A stretch of DNA of 63,861 bases from Pocillopora damicornis (taxonomy: Eukaryota). Within the stretch, counting starts at the first letter, position 1. Each line of letters starts with the position of its first letter. The notes beneath the pieces were generated by a model. It saw nothing but the letters and a program-made list of their open reading frames with translations, was not told the origin of the DNA and did no database searches. The translations under genes were made by a program, and so were the position numbers. The stretch covers positions 372,001 through 435,861 of the forward strand of contig NW_020846697.1 in the NCBI RefSeq assembly GCF_003704095.1. Reading direction: 5' to 3'. This document shows positions 37,995 through 50,509 of the stretch, piece by piece.

Positions 37995-40539
37995 TAACAA
38001 TTCAGAACCACCTCCCCACCATGAGTAGAAGAATCCAACGCACCAACAGTGGAAAAGTCTTGCAAGCATTTTCACTACATCCTTTCTCGGGATAATTAAG
38101 GAAAACCAGAAGACTGAGTTTGGTGGTGGTGTTTTATAAGAGGTTTTATAAGAGGGTATAGGCATGAATTTTTATATGGCTAGTAACGTGTAAGGTGAAG
38201 ACCAGAGATTTATTTTTAGGCTTAAAGGAAAAAAGGAGAAAGCAGTCCTGCAGCTACAGCAAGGTAACGCCTTCGCAAACGTTAGGTTTTCATGAACTAT
38301 GCATACCCAAACCTTTAACGCTGAGGCATTGTGACAATATAGGACTGGTTCTTTTGCTGAACACGAAAAGATAAACCCTCATAGTGAAAACATGACTCAA
38401 CAAACACGACCACTATCATCACATCGAAATTCAGTTGATCATGCAAAATGTTGTTAGGTAGCATGTCAAATATTTGAAAAATCAATATGTTGAGAATGAC
38501 CTCTCAGTTAATCCTAATTCCCTCTTCGACACTTTTCTATCATTGCATGGTAATAGCTTGATTGTATTGCTGTGTCGATAGATGATTTGACACTTAACAA
38601 TACCGATAAATGAACTGAAACTTCAATATTTCTAATTATAAGAGTGATAAATAACTACTTGGCAACATCACTTTGAATTCTAAGCCAGAGAAATTCCGCA
38701 CGATGAAAAACATGGAGAGGGTCACTCAACATTCAGACGTAACGGCTTCACCTGGAACAATAACTATAAGGGTGTCTGCCTTTCATGATGCTATTTTTTT
38801 TATTATTTAATAGTGACTTAGGAATATTTCATATATTGGACTTTTTAACTAAGGGCAACTTTTATGTTGTTATTGGCAAAGTAGATAAAAGGTTTATGAA
38901 AACGCCTTAGTAATAGCTTGTAGCCCAGGGATATGGCCCATAGAATTTTAAACTCATGTACATTGATATGATTGAGGAATATTCTCACTTCTGAGTGTGA
39001 GTTTACTCTTTTATTAAAATATTTTAATCAGAAAAATAACTATATTGCGAAAAGTTTCGTTCAAGAGCGAAAGAGAAATATAAAGCTAAATAAAAGAAAT
39101 CTCAGTTTCTGTGATGTACTTTCTAAGGTGCAGATGACTAAGTTAAGCGTTTAAAAGCCTTTAATTATTAATAGTTATAAACATATTTCGCTGAGCGTCA
39201 GTAAACGCGATTTGAAGTTATGTACTTTTTCGTAACTTGGTCGAACAACGGTGCACCTGACATTCTTAAAAATATGGATGAACAAACGACAAAAATGTAA
39301 AGTACCCTATACTTATCGAGCCTCTCTCATTTTCCAGATCAACCGACGTGAAGTTCGAGCTCGTCTTCAAATTATTTGATGTTCCAATTTCTCGCTAAGC
39401 TTCTTTGAAAATTATTTCTTTCCAAGCATAATCTGTATAGAATGGAACGAGCTGTAGTATCAAAGGATAACGTTTTTGAGACAAAATCTCTTAGTTTGTA
39501 GCAAGATAAAATGAAGTGCAATTTCCTTACATTACCTGTCTGATCTGTAATTTCTTCACCTAAGGCTGAGGTGCAATTTATCTGTTTATTCCCTTCGTCT
39601 GGAATAGCCGTGGTCATTGTTATGTTAAACGGCTATCATGACCTCTGTGATCAAACATGAAAGAATAAGTGATAAGATTAGGATTGGATCTCAGAATGAC
39701 AGTCAACCGGAAAATGAAAGTATGCTTTGCCATCACATTGGAGTTGTAAAAGTTGATTTTACAGCTTCATGTTTTACGCTCGTTGTCGGGAAAATTGTTG
39801 GTCAAGAGATATGAGAGGTCTTATGGCTTAGAAATGTCCTCTAGCTCTTCTTTATAACTTGAATTGACAAGTGATATTAGAGCTTCTAAACGAGGCAGTT
39901 TCATTAACACTTATAGACTGTTTGCTTTTCCCGCGTCGTTAATTAGCAGAGTACTTTGAAACATGCATTCTTTAATAGAGTTCAACGGAAAGCAAATGAA
40001 AGTTAGGTTTTTCATTTAATCATCTTAACAACTCCAGGTTCTCTATCTTTCCTAAACTTGATCTTGGCCTCTTTACAAGAGACAAAAGAATCGCACCGTC
40101 TACTTAAAACTACCTTTTGTGGATGTTTGTTGATTATTGTTTATTTTAGAAAAGACATAGAGTATATTCTATCAAATGAGGCCATTCACTTGTGTCAGAT
40201 GCCGACTGCCGAAGTGATTGCCATAGTTTTGTAGAGTACTAAGAAAATATATCTTAGTTCGGTGATATTTCCTCATTAAAAGACCACTTAAGCCTAAATA
40301 TCTCTACTAAATGGCTCGTATTTCTAATAAAGCAAACTGATAACAGTTGAGGATAGTAGCGAACACGAAGGTTCATGATATTGGTTTGCTTGTGTCACTT
40401 AGCGGGCATGAATTCATCTACATCGACGCTGCATTGCAACGTCCAACACTCATGGTTAAAGTTCCATCACTGTTCTTTTTCTCACTATATACCTCTTTTT
40501 GTCTTGATTTGTTTTCTTTTTCGTCTTGGAATAAATCCA

Positions 40540-41136
40540 CTAAGCTTTGCAACCCTTGCAATAACCTTTCTTTTTAGCCTCTGAGGAAGCAGGTTGTGTT
40601 ACATTTTTATCTTTAATCGTCTCCCCCGCAGAGTTTTGTTTCGAAGGAGGTGTCCCTTTCTTTGGACAGTCTGAAGGGGGCTGTTTCTTGACCCGAATGG
40701 GAATACGTGGTGGAAAGTCACGTTCTTTCCCCGTTTCTCCTAAACACGAGTGTAACATTAACGAACATCGCAGTCTGGAACTCATAAAACGCATGTCTCG
40801 TAAGTCAGGTATCATGGGCCTTGATCTAGCGCCGGTAACATTCAAGGTATTCCGAGTAAGAACGCGAGCGCACGGTGAGGATTCACTACAACTCTCTGAA
40901 TAATAATAAAAACGACTGTTGTTAGCCCCATGTGGCGAAAAAGTGGCTCTGGAGGAAGCAGCGAGCCTCGCAGCCTTTTGACAGTGTTTATCAATGGCGT
41001 GTTGATACTCTTGATATACAGGATGCTTAGAGTTTCCAATATATGCTTTGATTACAGGTCTTCTTTTACGGTCCACTCCATGAACTAATGTTAGAAGTTG
41101 GTGATTACCTTCTTCTGTGTCTTCCTGTCGCCACAT
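40540..41136 (-). CDS. Uncharacterised basic 198-aa protein
   Basis: ATG (aagATG) 8 nt after acceptor cttgactattag| at 41144; upstream donor CAG|GTAAGT at 42027. 597-nt ORF; no domain recognised. Confidence 0.6.
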   Translation of the reverse strand: MWRQEDTEEGNHQLLTLVHGVDRKRRPVIKAYIGNSKHPVYQEYQHAIDKHCQKAARLAASSRATFSPHGANNSRFYYYSESCSESSPCARVLTRNTLNVTGARSRPMIPDLRDMRFMSSRLRCSLMLHSCLGETGKERDFPPRIPIRVKKQPPSDCPKKGTPPSKQNSAGETIKDKNVTQPASSEAKKKGYCKGCKA

Positions 41137-42269
41137 CTTGAATACTAATAGTCAAGTGGAGGCAACTTGCAACAACACTAAGAAATTCGACAATAGATGG
41201 AACAAGTCTGTTATACAAGCCGCTTGAGTAGTGAAGGTTTGACAAGTAAGTTATTTCCTTGTGACTGAGAACTCTGCTGACACAAAGAGAAACAATGCCC
41301 CTCTGATGTTCGGACCAAAATCAAGACGGTATTTTCTATTAACTTGAGTTGTTGTAGTTTTTGGAAAATGGCAGGTAATTACAGTTCGTTGATGAAATAA
41401 AAGCCCCTGAGGATTAGTTGCCGCTAATTCCTGTCTAATCTCCTCAAACACGTAATCTTTTGCTTAAAACTAGACCAAAAATAACATTAAAATAATTGTA
41501 CCAGCACGTCTCTAAGAAAACAGAACGACTGAGATGGGACGATCTTAATTGCAAAACTGTTATGAATCGACGATGAATACTAATTTAACTTGGGTAGCTA
41601 TTGTCAAGTTTATTACTTTCAAAGGCGTGCGGAACTTTTCATCTTGAAAAGCCTTCTTTTGTTTCCTTAACCAAAGCAATTATTTTTGCTTTGTGGCTGA
41701 TAATGACAGGTAGAAAGTTCAATAAAATGGAACAGCGAAGCCTAACATTATTGGTTTTGTTAGATCATAAGCTTTAATTATTTAAAATGGATTAAGATGC
41801 AATACAAAACATTTCATATACGCTGAGAAAAAGAAAGCTGAGAAAAATTGAGATAAAGAATGTTACAATTGACGTCATTATAGATCCATTGGATAAGTGT
41901 GGTAACGAAAAGGAAGAATCGCAGGGCACCAAAAGAAATCCTGATGTTCTTTCATACACGTGCACCAAGGATGCCACAGAAAAAAATTCAAGTGTTTGGT
42001 GAACTAATCTGTTGAACGTGACTTACCTGCGGTAGAACAGGATTGACACCAGCTGAAATCCACGTAACAGCATTCAGTCTGTTTACTTGGCCAAAACAAC
42101 CATAGCTACAACTTAATGTTTTACCTACTCCTGCTTAACGATTCTTTTCATACATACTAGGAGGCGGAGGGTGGAGTTTAGCGTTTTTAAGTTCAATAAC
42201 CGGTCCTGATTCAGCGCACGGAGCCCCCCACCTTGTCCTTTGGCATTTTTTCAGGCTTTCCCAAGAACT

Positions 42270-42362
42270 CACCGTGGAACCCATTCATACCACCGTTAAA
42301 AGGAGGTATCTTTTCCCAGAGCCCGGCACAATGCCTCGGCCAGGGCTAAAGCCCGGAGCGTG
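42270..42362 (-). mobile_element. Degenerate SINE fragment, same family as 22150
   Basis: Reverse complement reads ctccgggctttagccctggccgaggcattgtgccgggctctgggaaaagatac...ggtatgaatgggttcc: a decayed B-box followed by the central domain. Confidence 0.5.
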
Positions 42363-43104
42363 TAACACACCAGGCCCCGTCTCCGATTTATCAAACACCT
42401 CATATGGTATAATTCGAAGAAAAAGAGAAGTCGTTGAAAACCTTGTGGAGTGTCCCATCTCTCATACGATATCAAGTCTATTTTGAACATTGTCATTTTA
42501 ATCACTTGTGGATATAAATACTAGAGTTTTGCTATATTAAATGAAAGGTCAACAGCGGGTACTGAGGAGTCGAGGGACATTTGTAATACCTAATGGCGAT
42601 CATACTCTCTTTACAACATACCAGCCGATGCTGATGTCCCACCCGTCCCACCTGAGTCTTTTCTCTGGCATTTCGCTGTTTTTTAGCTCACAGCTTTTTT
42701 GTATTGCTTTAGGAGTACTTTTAGTCTCATACGTCTCAATGATCGGCCTTTAGAGGTTTATAATCACTTGCTACATTCAAAAAATATATAAATATATAGG
42801 AACCCATATTAATTTTTTCCTTTCCAGCCCCCATTTCGATGACTGATCAAGGCCTCCGTGAAAATTCGATACTGTGTCCACTTCTTAACCTCTGTCGTCA
42901 TAACGTCTAAAATTCTTTTCACGCCAATTTGGATACACGCTGGCACCGTTTTGTATAATGTTTGAATACATTGCACGTCATACTAAAACAAAGGACTGAA
43001 TGATATATCTCATGGATACTAGAAAGAAAAAAAAACTTGAGTCTGAGCGGGTCGTAGCCGCACAGGAAGAGCCGTGAACCATAAAGTTACCTTGTGGACA
43101 AACT

Positions 43105-43275
43105 GATAGACTCGTCTTTTCTTCGTTGTGTTCTGTCGTTTCGTTATGTCATGATGTTCCGCCGTGCTCCTTCATCTCTTCGTTACGTAGAGTCGTTCCT
43201 TCGTTTTGTTGCGTCACTGTGTTACATCGTTTCGTCGTTCGACTCGACGTTTTGTCACTTCGATGTTTTGTTTCT
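43105..43275. repeat. (TCGT/TTCG)-rich low-complexity tract
   Basis: Repeated ttcgt/tcgtt units; explains spurious ORFs 43094 and 43126. Confidence 0.6.
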
Positions 43276-43656
43276 GTGGTTGACTATGCAGGACTGGAAA
43301 TGAGGTACAACTCGCTGTCAAATACCTCACTCGGTTATCATTTTCACCTTCGTTACGAAAAAAGACTGAATTGTTCTCGTTCAATGAAGTTTAAACGCTT
43401 TTGGAAAAAAATGATAGTGTTTGAACAATGATCTGTTATGCAATATTTACGTTCGTCTCTATGTAAGAATCAAATGATGCATAACACTCAGAGAGATGGT
43501 GTATCAGTAACTTGTAAGAGCTTCCACTATTCGTTGATATAATGGCTGATTAATGTATCAATAACTGGAGTCGAAATGACCTCTTGGGCTCTTTAGAAAC
43601 TTTAGTTTATTTGATAAAAGGAAGGAACTATCCGGTCCCTTCAATGTTGTGAGAGA

Positions 43657-43790
43657 GTGATACACAAGAACATCAGAAACACACTCAGCTACTCCTTGTG
43701 CGCCACTTTGTTGTTTTTACCCAATTTGACGTCATCTGTGATCTATTGCTGAACAGATGCGAGGCAGCATGGTACCTTTTGGTTAAATAA
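43657..43790. repeat. Probable interspersed repeat fragment
   Basis: ttgacgtcatctgtgatctattgctgaacagatgcg, a motif I recall from coral repeats; no second copy in the window. Confidence 0.4.
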
Positions 43791-44377
43791 AAGCCCTGCC
43801 GTGAGTGACAACGTGAAGTGCGTAGTTTCATTTCAGCTGCAAAAATCCCGTCCAATTAAGCCGCAATTTTTCAAAACTATCAAGATTATTTTCCTATCCA
43901 TTCTGATTGAGATATACCTTTTGGAGCTGTAAATGAACGGTAAATATGCTTAATAATACTCCATTCGAAAAACAGTGAAAATGCAACTCATTCAAGCGAC
44001 GAAATTAGCTTTGGAGCGAACGATTCTTTTTTGTCAAACACGATACGAGTTATAAATGGAAAAAGAAAACCGAGCTTTCTGACTTCAAGTGAGGCTTTGC
44101 GAGGTTCCAGCGGACTCTTTTCTTTCGAAGGGTAAATATTGTTATCAGATGTTGATAGGTCCAAAAGGTATCGTCGAATAAAAGACTTTGTGCTGCGCAA
44201 TTTTCTATCTGTGGACTGTGGTAAACAAGCATTCAAGCATGAGGAATCTATACTACCCAGTCCCCGTCATGCAAGAAATTCATACGTTTTTTTTTACTGC
44301 AAAAAAAAAATTAACGTTTCTTGCGTACACCCTTGGTCTCGAAATATTTCTTTGTCATAGTTAGCTTACCTTCTTTA

Positions 44378-44515
44378 ACTGTGAATATATGAAAATCATA
44401 TATGTGAACTCCGGGCCAGGAAGTGAATATGAAAGCGATCTTCGCAATAATGAACGCTATTCACTACTGCTTAGTGGTATTTAGTACTGCGAAGATGGCC
44501 TCCATATTCATTTGT
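44378..44515. repeat. Short palindromic repeat remnant
   Basis: tgaatatgaaagcgatcttcgcaataatgaac is inverted-complementary to tagtactgcgaagatggcctccatattca. Confidence 0.6.
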
Positions 44516-44624
44516 CTTCTATTGATAGTTTTCAGGTAGTATAATTGATTTCTGGGTAGACCCAACGCAGTTGCAATAAAATTCCTTTTTCGTGCACAAG
44601 TTCTCCTGCTATGATCTGAGATAA

Positions 44625-44818
44625 TTAATTCATGTATAGCATGCTTATATAGAGGTAGATGTAAATGCACCTGGGAAATTTTAAGGCACTCAAGAATCGG
44701 AAGAGTCAAAAGTCTCGCCCTCGCCTCGGGCAACTCTACGCTTCTCAGTCTCGTGCTCTCCAAACTTCCCGTGTGCATGCATACCTCGTAATACGTACGC
44801 TAAGCATGAGCTAATTTC
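44625..44818. mobile_element. Degenerate hairpin (foldback) element related to 58444-58646
   Basis: tgcacctgggaaattttaaggcac pairs imperfectly with gtgctctccaaacttcccgtgtgca; flanks catgtatagc / gctaagcatg. Confidence 0.55.
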
Positions 44819-45079
44819 TAATGATTTGGTTAAAAATACAAAAGACAAAAGTGAAAGGAATACAATGAAGTATTGAATGAATGCTAATGATATGGTATTG
44901 TCGGTATTGTGTTTTACTTTAAAATGGTTTCGTAATGACAATGAAAAGGTCCTTTTTGTTGATTTATCAACCTTCTATAAATGCGGCCCTCTCTATGCGC
45001 TGAGGGACAGCATAATGTTTCATTTTATTACCTTACATGCAATTGTCATCCTTTCTCGTCTGTGCTCTGTAATAAGCAT

Positions 45080-47074
45080 TCAAAAGAAACCTCTTTTACA
45101 CTGTAAAATCTGCTTGAATCGCTTCCTAAACTGCCGGCTCATTACTCCATAAATAACAGGATTGCAAGCAGAGTTCAACATTGCAAGCCAAGTGGTGATA
45201 GCAAAGAATTCATCCGGCCATGAACAGCCTTCAAATAAGAGGCAAAATATTCCTATAAAGTGAGGTGTCCAGCACAACACGAATGTGCCTACTACAATCA
45301 ATAAAGTCTTAGCAGCTTTGGTTTCACGTCGCATTTTTGCTCGGGCTTGTACGTCCTTCTTTTTTCGAAGTTTATCAAGCGCAAGTTTTGATTTGCTAAA
45401 TGCTCTAAACGCGTTTGGCCCCGCAAAGTTCTTTAGAGTGGTGATAGAAACAGTTGAAAACTTTTTTCTACGCATTGTGGGAGAGGCTTTGCTGCCCTCT
45501 CGAACGCTTTTTGACGAGAAAGCAAACGAACTTTGAGATGAACATTGAGAAACAACTACAGGAATTTGCGACGATTGCCTGGCAAAATCTGAGTCACTAT
45601 AGGCTCTATTTTGTCGCGGTTGTACAATCACCCCGACTGAAAGGCTATTTGACCGACAAGACCTTCTTATTTCTAAGTTATCATCCGTTTTCATAGCATA
45701 TGAGGGGTATTCGTTCGTATTATTTGCGTCACTGTCCTTTGTTAATTCGTTTACATTTGACTTGTAATTGTTTAAATTCCCTAAATCTGCACGAGGTTCA
45801 TTAAAATGTTGCATAATTGATTCCATTTCCTCTTTTCCTTTCACATTTTGAAGAGGAGGCAAATAAATGGCACCAGTCTTCCTTTTCATGGTGTTGGTAT
45901 TTGATTTAGGAGGCGGTATGTCCACGTACGCACTGTCTAGTAGAGTTGATGCGCACTGTCGATCGTATATGTTGTCACAGATTGGTTCGTTCGATAAGAT
46001 AGCTGAATCTTGTACACTTTCACAACTGCTATTCAAAATGCTTCCCCTATCTGTGCTTCCGTATTCGCTTGAAGTTCTCCTTGGTTTTAGATAACTTATT
46101 GAACCTCCCTCTTCAAAACCAGAATCCTTAGAAGGTTGATCGCTAGTGTTTGTCATTTTAAAAGATGATGTCGTGACCTCTTTTCGTTCGTCGTAAATTA
46201 TCATCGGTGTTTGACGACCTGATAAGAATTTTTCGTCGTACACGTCGCTGTTTATTGAACTCTGACTTTTGCCCAGATCTTTGACTGATAAAACAGAGTG
46301 CGGATCTTTTGATGTGGAGTTCAAATGCGTTTGACTATCGTCTCGGAAACCAGAGTATTCACTTGAGCTGTGTTCCTCCTTCACTCCAATTGAACCCGTA
46401 ATTGGGACAACTTTCCTCGATTGCATCTTGGCTGTGCGAAAAATCTTTAAATACGTCACCATCATTATGGCAAGTGGCAAGAAAAAGCACACGGAAAATA
46501 GAAATATTGTGTAAGAAATACTGTACCCCCACTCAACAGTGCAGATAGACTCGGATCGTATAAAAGTGTACTGCGTCCAATCGGTGAGTGGTAGGCAAGC
46601 CGTAAGTAAGGCATGGAACCATATATAAGTAATCATTCCAGCGGCAACTTTGTTCGTTATCCACGTACCGTACTTAAAAGGATAGAGAATTGCACAGTAT
46701 CGATCAATTGACACCGCTGCGAGCGTGAGAATCGAAGCGATACAAAACAAAGAGTTGGCCATACCGTTGACCTTACACCACTTGTCCCCGAAGATCCAAT
46801 CATACGTGATGGATGAGGCGAGTGTAAAAGGCATCCCGATCATAGTAAGTAATAAATCGGCGCAGGCTAGATTGATTATGAACGCGTTCGTAATTGTTTG
46901 CAGAGTTTTGTCGATGTAAATGGCCGCCAGAATGAGTAGATTGCCCCCCAACGCAACAAGTATTATAGCCACCATAGAGGCAGCTTGAAGGAATACACCA
47001 CCTCTTGATCGAGGATCCTGCGTCGTGACATCGCCAACAGAGTCTGTAAGAGTATTATTCAGTAAAAAGTCCAT
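45080..47074 (-). CDS. Class A GPCR with very long ICL3 (GPR161/GPR101- or aminergic-like orphan), ~664 aa, intronless
   Basis: First ATG at 47074 (MDFLLNNT). Motifs GN, NLACAD, WIFG..WC, SIDRY, FFLP, ETKAAKTL, CWTP, NPVIY, and helix 8 FRKRF. Confidence 0.96.
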   Translation of the reverse strand: MDFLLNNTLTDSVGDVTTQDPRSRGGVFLQAASMVAIILVALGGNLLILAAIYIDKTLQTITNAFIINLACADLLLTMIGMPFTLASSITYDWIFGDKWCKVNGMANSLFCIASILTLAAVSIDRYCAILYPFKYGTWITNKVAAGMITYIWFHALLTACLPLTDWTQYTFIRSESICTVEWGYSISYTIFLFSVCFFLPLAIMMVTYLKIFRTAKMQSRKVVPITGSIGVKEEHSSSEYSGFRDDSQTHLNSTSKDPHSVLSVKDLGKSQSSINSDVYDEKFLSGRQTPMIIYDERKEVTTSSFKMTNTSDQPSKDSGFEEGGSISYLKPRRTSSEYGSTDRGSILNSSCESVQDSAILSNEPICDNIYDRQCASTLLDSAYVDIPPPKSNTNTMKRKTGAIYLPPLQNVKGKEEMESIMQHFNEPRADLGNLNNYKSNVNELTKDSDANNTNEYPSYAMKTDDNLEIRRSCRSNSLSVGVIVQPRQNRAYSDSDFARQSSQIPVVVSQCSSQSSFAFSSKSVREGSKASPTMRRKKFSTVSITTLKNFAGPNAFRAFSKSKLALDKLRKKKDVQARAKMRRETKAAKTLLIVVGTFVLCWTPHFIGIFCLLFEGCSWPDEFFAITTWLAMLNSACNPVIYGVMSRQFRKRFKQILQCKRGFF

Positions 47075-48195
47075 GTTGTACCCCTCTTGGGCATACACAT
47101 ACTTCAAGCGTTTCAAGCGACTAAGTACCTCGGACTAATTGTTCACGCTTGAACGGAAATTCATCCAAATAATTCAGCAAAGTAAAATGCATAAACATGA
47201 GACGCAAGCTATTTTTGCGTTGATTGAATTTTGCTAAGCACGGTGTCCTTGCTTGAAGTAGTTTGAGACTAAATAAGTGAAGACGACTCGTTCAACGACT
47301 CCTTAATTATGCGGCCGTTTAACCAAAAGGAAAAGATAGAAAATGTCATTTGTGAAGATCTGAGCAAAGTATAGGTATTAAAAACATTGTTGGTACTAAA
47401 CGCCCCCGTGTCAGTTAAAAAACAAAAGCATCACTTAATTATGGATTCAAAAAATGTTTGTAATAGAATTCGAAAAAATGTTTTTGTTCTGATTGAGTAA
47501 ATAGGACTTCAAAGAACGAACGTGCCCGCTGAGGACTTTAAAACATTCACAAGTGATGATAGACGGTATTTAGAGATTCACTTTGCACTTTCAGTCTATA
47601 CTTTTAGTGTTAAAGCCTTGAGACTTTAATTGTCTAAAGAAGTGGTTAATCAACATATTCCATTGAGAGCCAACATTCTTCATTGCTTCCCGTAAATTTC
47701 TTTTCATGCCAGTTCACAAAAGCATAACTTGAAATTATCACTTGAAACAATACTCAGCACTTCAACGATTTTCGTGATTTTCGTCCATTTTTTTGTATGT
47801 TTTGAGCGTTCCAGAGAATTAAAAAGCCAATTTCTTCTGCTTAGTTAATCTAGTAATATCTGTTAATCTTAAGCATACGTAAGTGACTCGAATATTGGAT
47901 TTTATGGCCTTGTCTAAAAGTAGTCTTGGTACACTATCTACGTTGGTTTTCTCATAGATTGTTCTTTAGTTAGTTTTAATTCCTGATCCCCCGGAACTTT
48001 TTCTTTGTGTTAAAATTGTGATAATGACTGTTATGAAATTTCACAAACAGCAAGGAAATATGCGGCAGTCAATAGGGGCCATAAAAGCGATTTTTTTTCA
48101 AATGCTAATATAAAACAATTAAATCAACACACAAGGACTGAAGCACTTAAGTCTTTCCCGTGTCTACCTTTTTAGTGATAAAAAAGTCAGTACCA

Positions 48196-48420
48196 TACCA
48201 TCTTTCTTACTCGATTTACAAACATGAAGCTATCGACATCGCTGATCCTAGCAGTATGTAGGACGCGTGTCATTAGGAACTTCGTAATACGCCTCGCTCA
48301 CCATAGGCTCGGCGGTATTGCATCGAAGCGCGGAATCCGAAGGTCTGAGGTTCGATTCCTCATGGGGACTCAGAATTTTCTTTGTCCCACGCTCGTGACA
48401 AGACGAAAAACATCTTTCTC
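48196..48420 (+). mobile_element. tRNA-related SINE-like repeat
   Basis: B-box GGTTCGATTCC at 48349-48359 and a decayed A-box at ~48305, followed by ctcagaattttctttgtcccacgctcgtgacaagacgaaaaacatc, which I recall as an abundant pocilloporid repeat. Confidence 0.75.
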
Positions 48421-48421
48421 T

Positions 48422-48865
48422 GTCATGATGAATGTTTTACATTCAGATGCATCAAGTATAAAATATTTCCTCGTGACACGACCGCATCATCACTGATTTA
48501 ATTTACTAATCGTGTATAAAATAATGCTTGGAGAATTAATAAGAACTACCGTACTTTACTATGCTGTATATGGGCTCTCATTTCATGCCACGAGTACTTG
48601 TTATTATTCTCAACCGTACAAAGTCAGCCGTCATACATTGACTGACATAGAGTGATATGCGGCCGGATACTATAAGGGCTTATTAAAAAAACCGGAAGTA
48701 AGAGATTGACACAAAATTTGAAGTCACATCTCCCAACACAGAGAGTTGGATACATAACTTCATGATCAATGTTTTACATCCAGATGCATCAAGGATAAAA
48801 TGTTTCTTATAACACGACCACATCAGCTCTGATTTAATTTTTAATCGTGTATAAAAGAAGGCTTC
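48422..48865 (+). repeat. ~105-bp direct repeat (48422-48528 and 48760-48865; third diverged copy ~54870-54975)
   Basis: tcatgat(g/c)aatgttttacat(t/c)cagatgcatcaag...aatcgtgtataaaa occurs twice. Confidence 0.85.
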
Positions 48866-49661
48866 CACTACTAAGGTAAAGTGTGACTTTAAGAGTAAAG
48901 AAAAGTCAAATTTGGGTTGCCTTTACGCTCCCAACATCAAACCTCAGTTATTTGCATTATGTGTTGATCACGGTGAGGAGGAAACTACGCTTCTATTATT
49001 ACACTTCGTTGACTTTATGTTTAAATTCTATCCAGCATCTTTGAAGTTCTTGCGTGGCCAGTCATGCCATGTCTAAAATCCATCCAGCAGCGCATGTACA
49101 ACATTGCCCTTGGCTTATAAGCTGTGCCTAGTGCAACCGACAGTTGCGCTTTCTTGGAATTTCTTGAAAAGGGCAACTGCCAGCCTCTTTAGCCAAGTGT
49201 TTAGGTTCTTTGAGATTGGTCAAAGTTCACAAGTCACAGCTTCTCTGTAATGTATGAAAGAAAGCTTAGCGATGGAAACAATTTTTTTCACCAACTTCTT
49301 ATTATTCCGGCTTTGGTGTTGGTTGCAACATGAAGCAATACAACTTGCACCTTCAGGCGGGTCACGTGACTACCTTTGAGGAAGAGGTCATTGAGTCTGA
49401 AGACGATGGCATCCGGGAAGATGTGATTTGGGGCGAAGTAAACTGCTTTCATCGAGACATTCAAGCGTAGCCTCCTACGAATGGAACCGGTAATATTTTC
49501 TCAACCGCAAGTATTGACGCAAAAGCCAAAACCACACGTTTGCAATCATCCATTATATAAGCAAGAAAAATAATTTACTCAGTAGTTCAGAAGACAACTT
49601 GTGATCATCGGCGAAATTATTCATGTGCGTTAGTGAAGCAATGCTTTAACGAATTCAAATA

Positions 49662-50509
49662 ATGATATCTAAATTGTTTCACCGGCTTGGTTTGTCAACA
49701 ACCCTGTTATATCGAAAAGATTGTCTTTTAAGGTCAAAAAAAAAAAGTTTCCTTTCTCGTCTGGAAGAGGGGCAAGTGTCTGTTCGCCTGGCTAATGCGA
49801 ATGACTACGACGAGATTTTGGAACTGTCTCAGAATATTAAAGACACCTTCGACTATTTTCCCTTCAGGTTTCACAAATGGCTTGCGGAACCCGACAAAAT
49901 CGCTGTACAGGGAGTACAAAATTCATCCCAAAAGCACAAAATCAGAGATAAAGAACTGCTTGACTACGATTTTTTAACTTACAAAGTTGACCCAGAGCAA
50001 GTCAACTTTGAACATAAGTTACAAAACTGCTCGAAACTTCGACCCTGCCCAAAGGAAGAGTTTGAAAAAAGATTCTGAAAAACGCTGTTACTAGCTCACT
50101 ATTTCCTAATAATATTCTGGTTATTGACTGGCAGCCGTTTGAAGCCATCCCATCTAACATCGGGTACATCGCACAAGACAGAGATCGATACTTTGTCGAT
50201 TCGTCAAATGGTTGTCAGAGCCAGTTGCACCCATCGTCTTTCAGTCTGGGAAGATTTGTGCAGGTTGTGTGCGGTATGGTGTGGTCGTCGACTATCTACG
50301 CTAAGGATTCAGAGCTTTGTCAGTCCCACGTGATCCATCAATTGATGAGTGCCAACCAAACTGCCAAAGGAAACTTCTTATTCAGCACGTATTAAGATCC
50401 TTCCCTCACCAAGTATTGCAGAGAAGTCCTTAACGACATTCCAGGTGTTACGAGGATAAACGATGAAGAACCTTTTCAAAAGATGTTCATCTTTGAAGCT
50501 GTACCATGA
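49662..50509 (+). pseudogene. NAT16/HISAT-like GNAT pseudogene (copy A)
   Basis: Homologous to 55804-56850 throughout. An internal deletion after EPDKI removes the acetyl-CoA-binding motif A region; there is a frameshift/stop at ~50075 and a premature TAA at ~50393. Confidence 0.92.

Noticed and set aside
45080-47074. Opsin or canonical amine receptor
   Set aside because: No Lys at 7.43 (Met) and no Asp at 3.32 (Asn).
48300-48372. tRNA gene
   Set aside because: B-box present, but the A-box/D-arm is decayed and it is embedded in a longer repeat; better explained as SINE-like.
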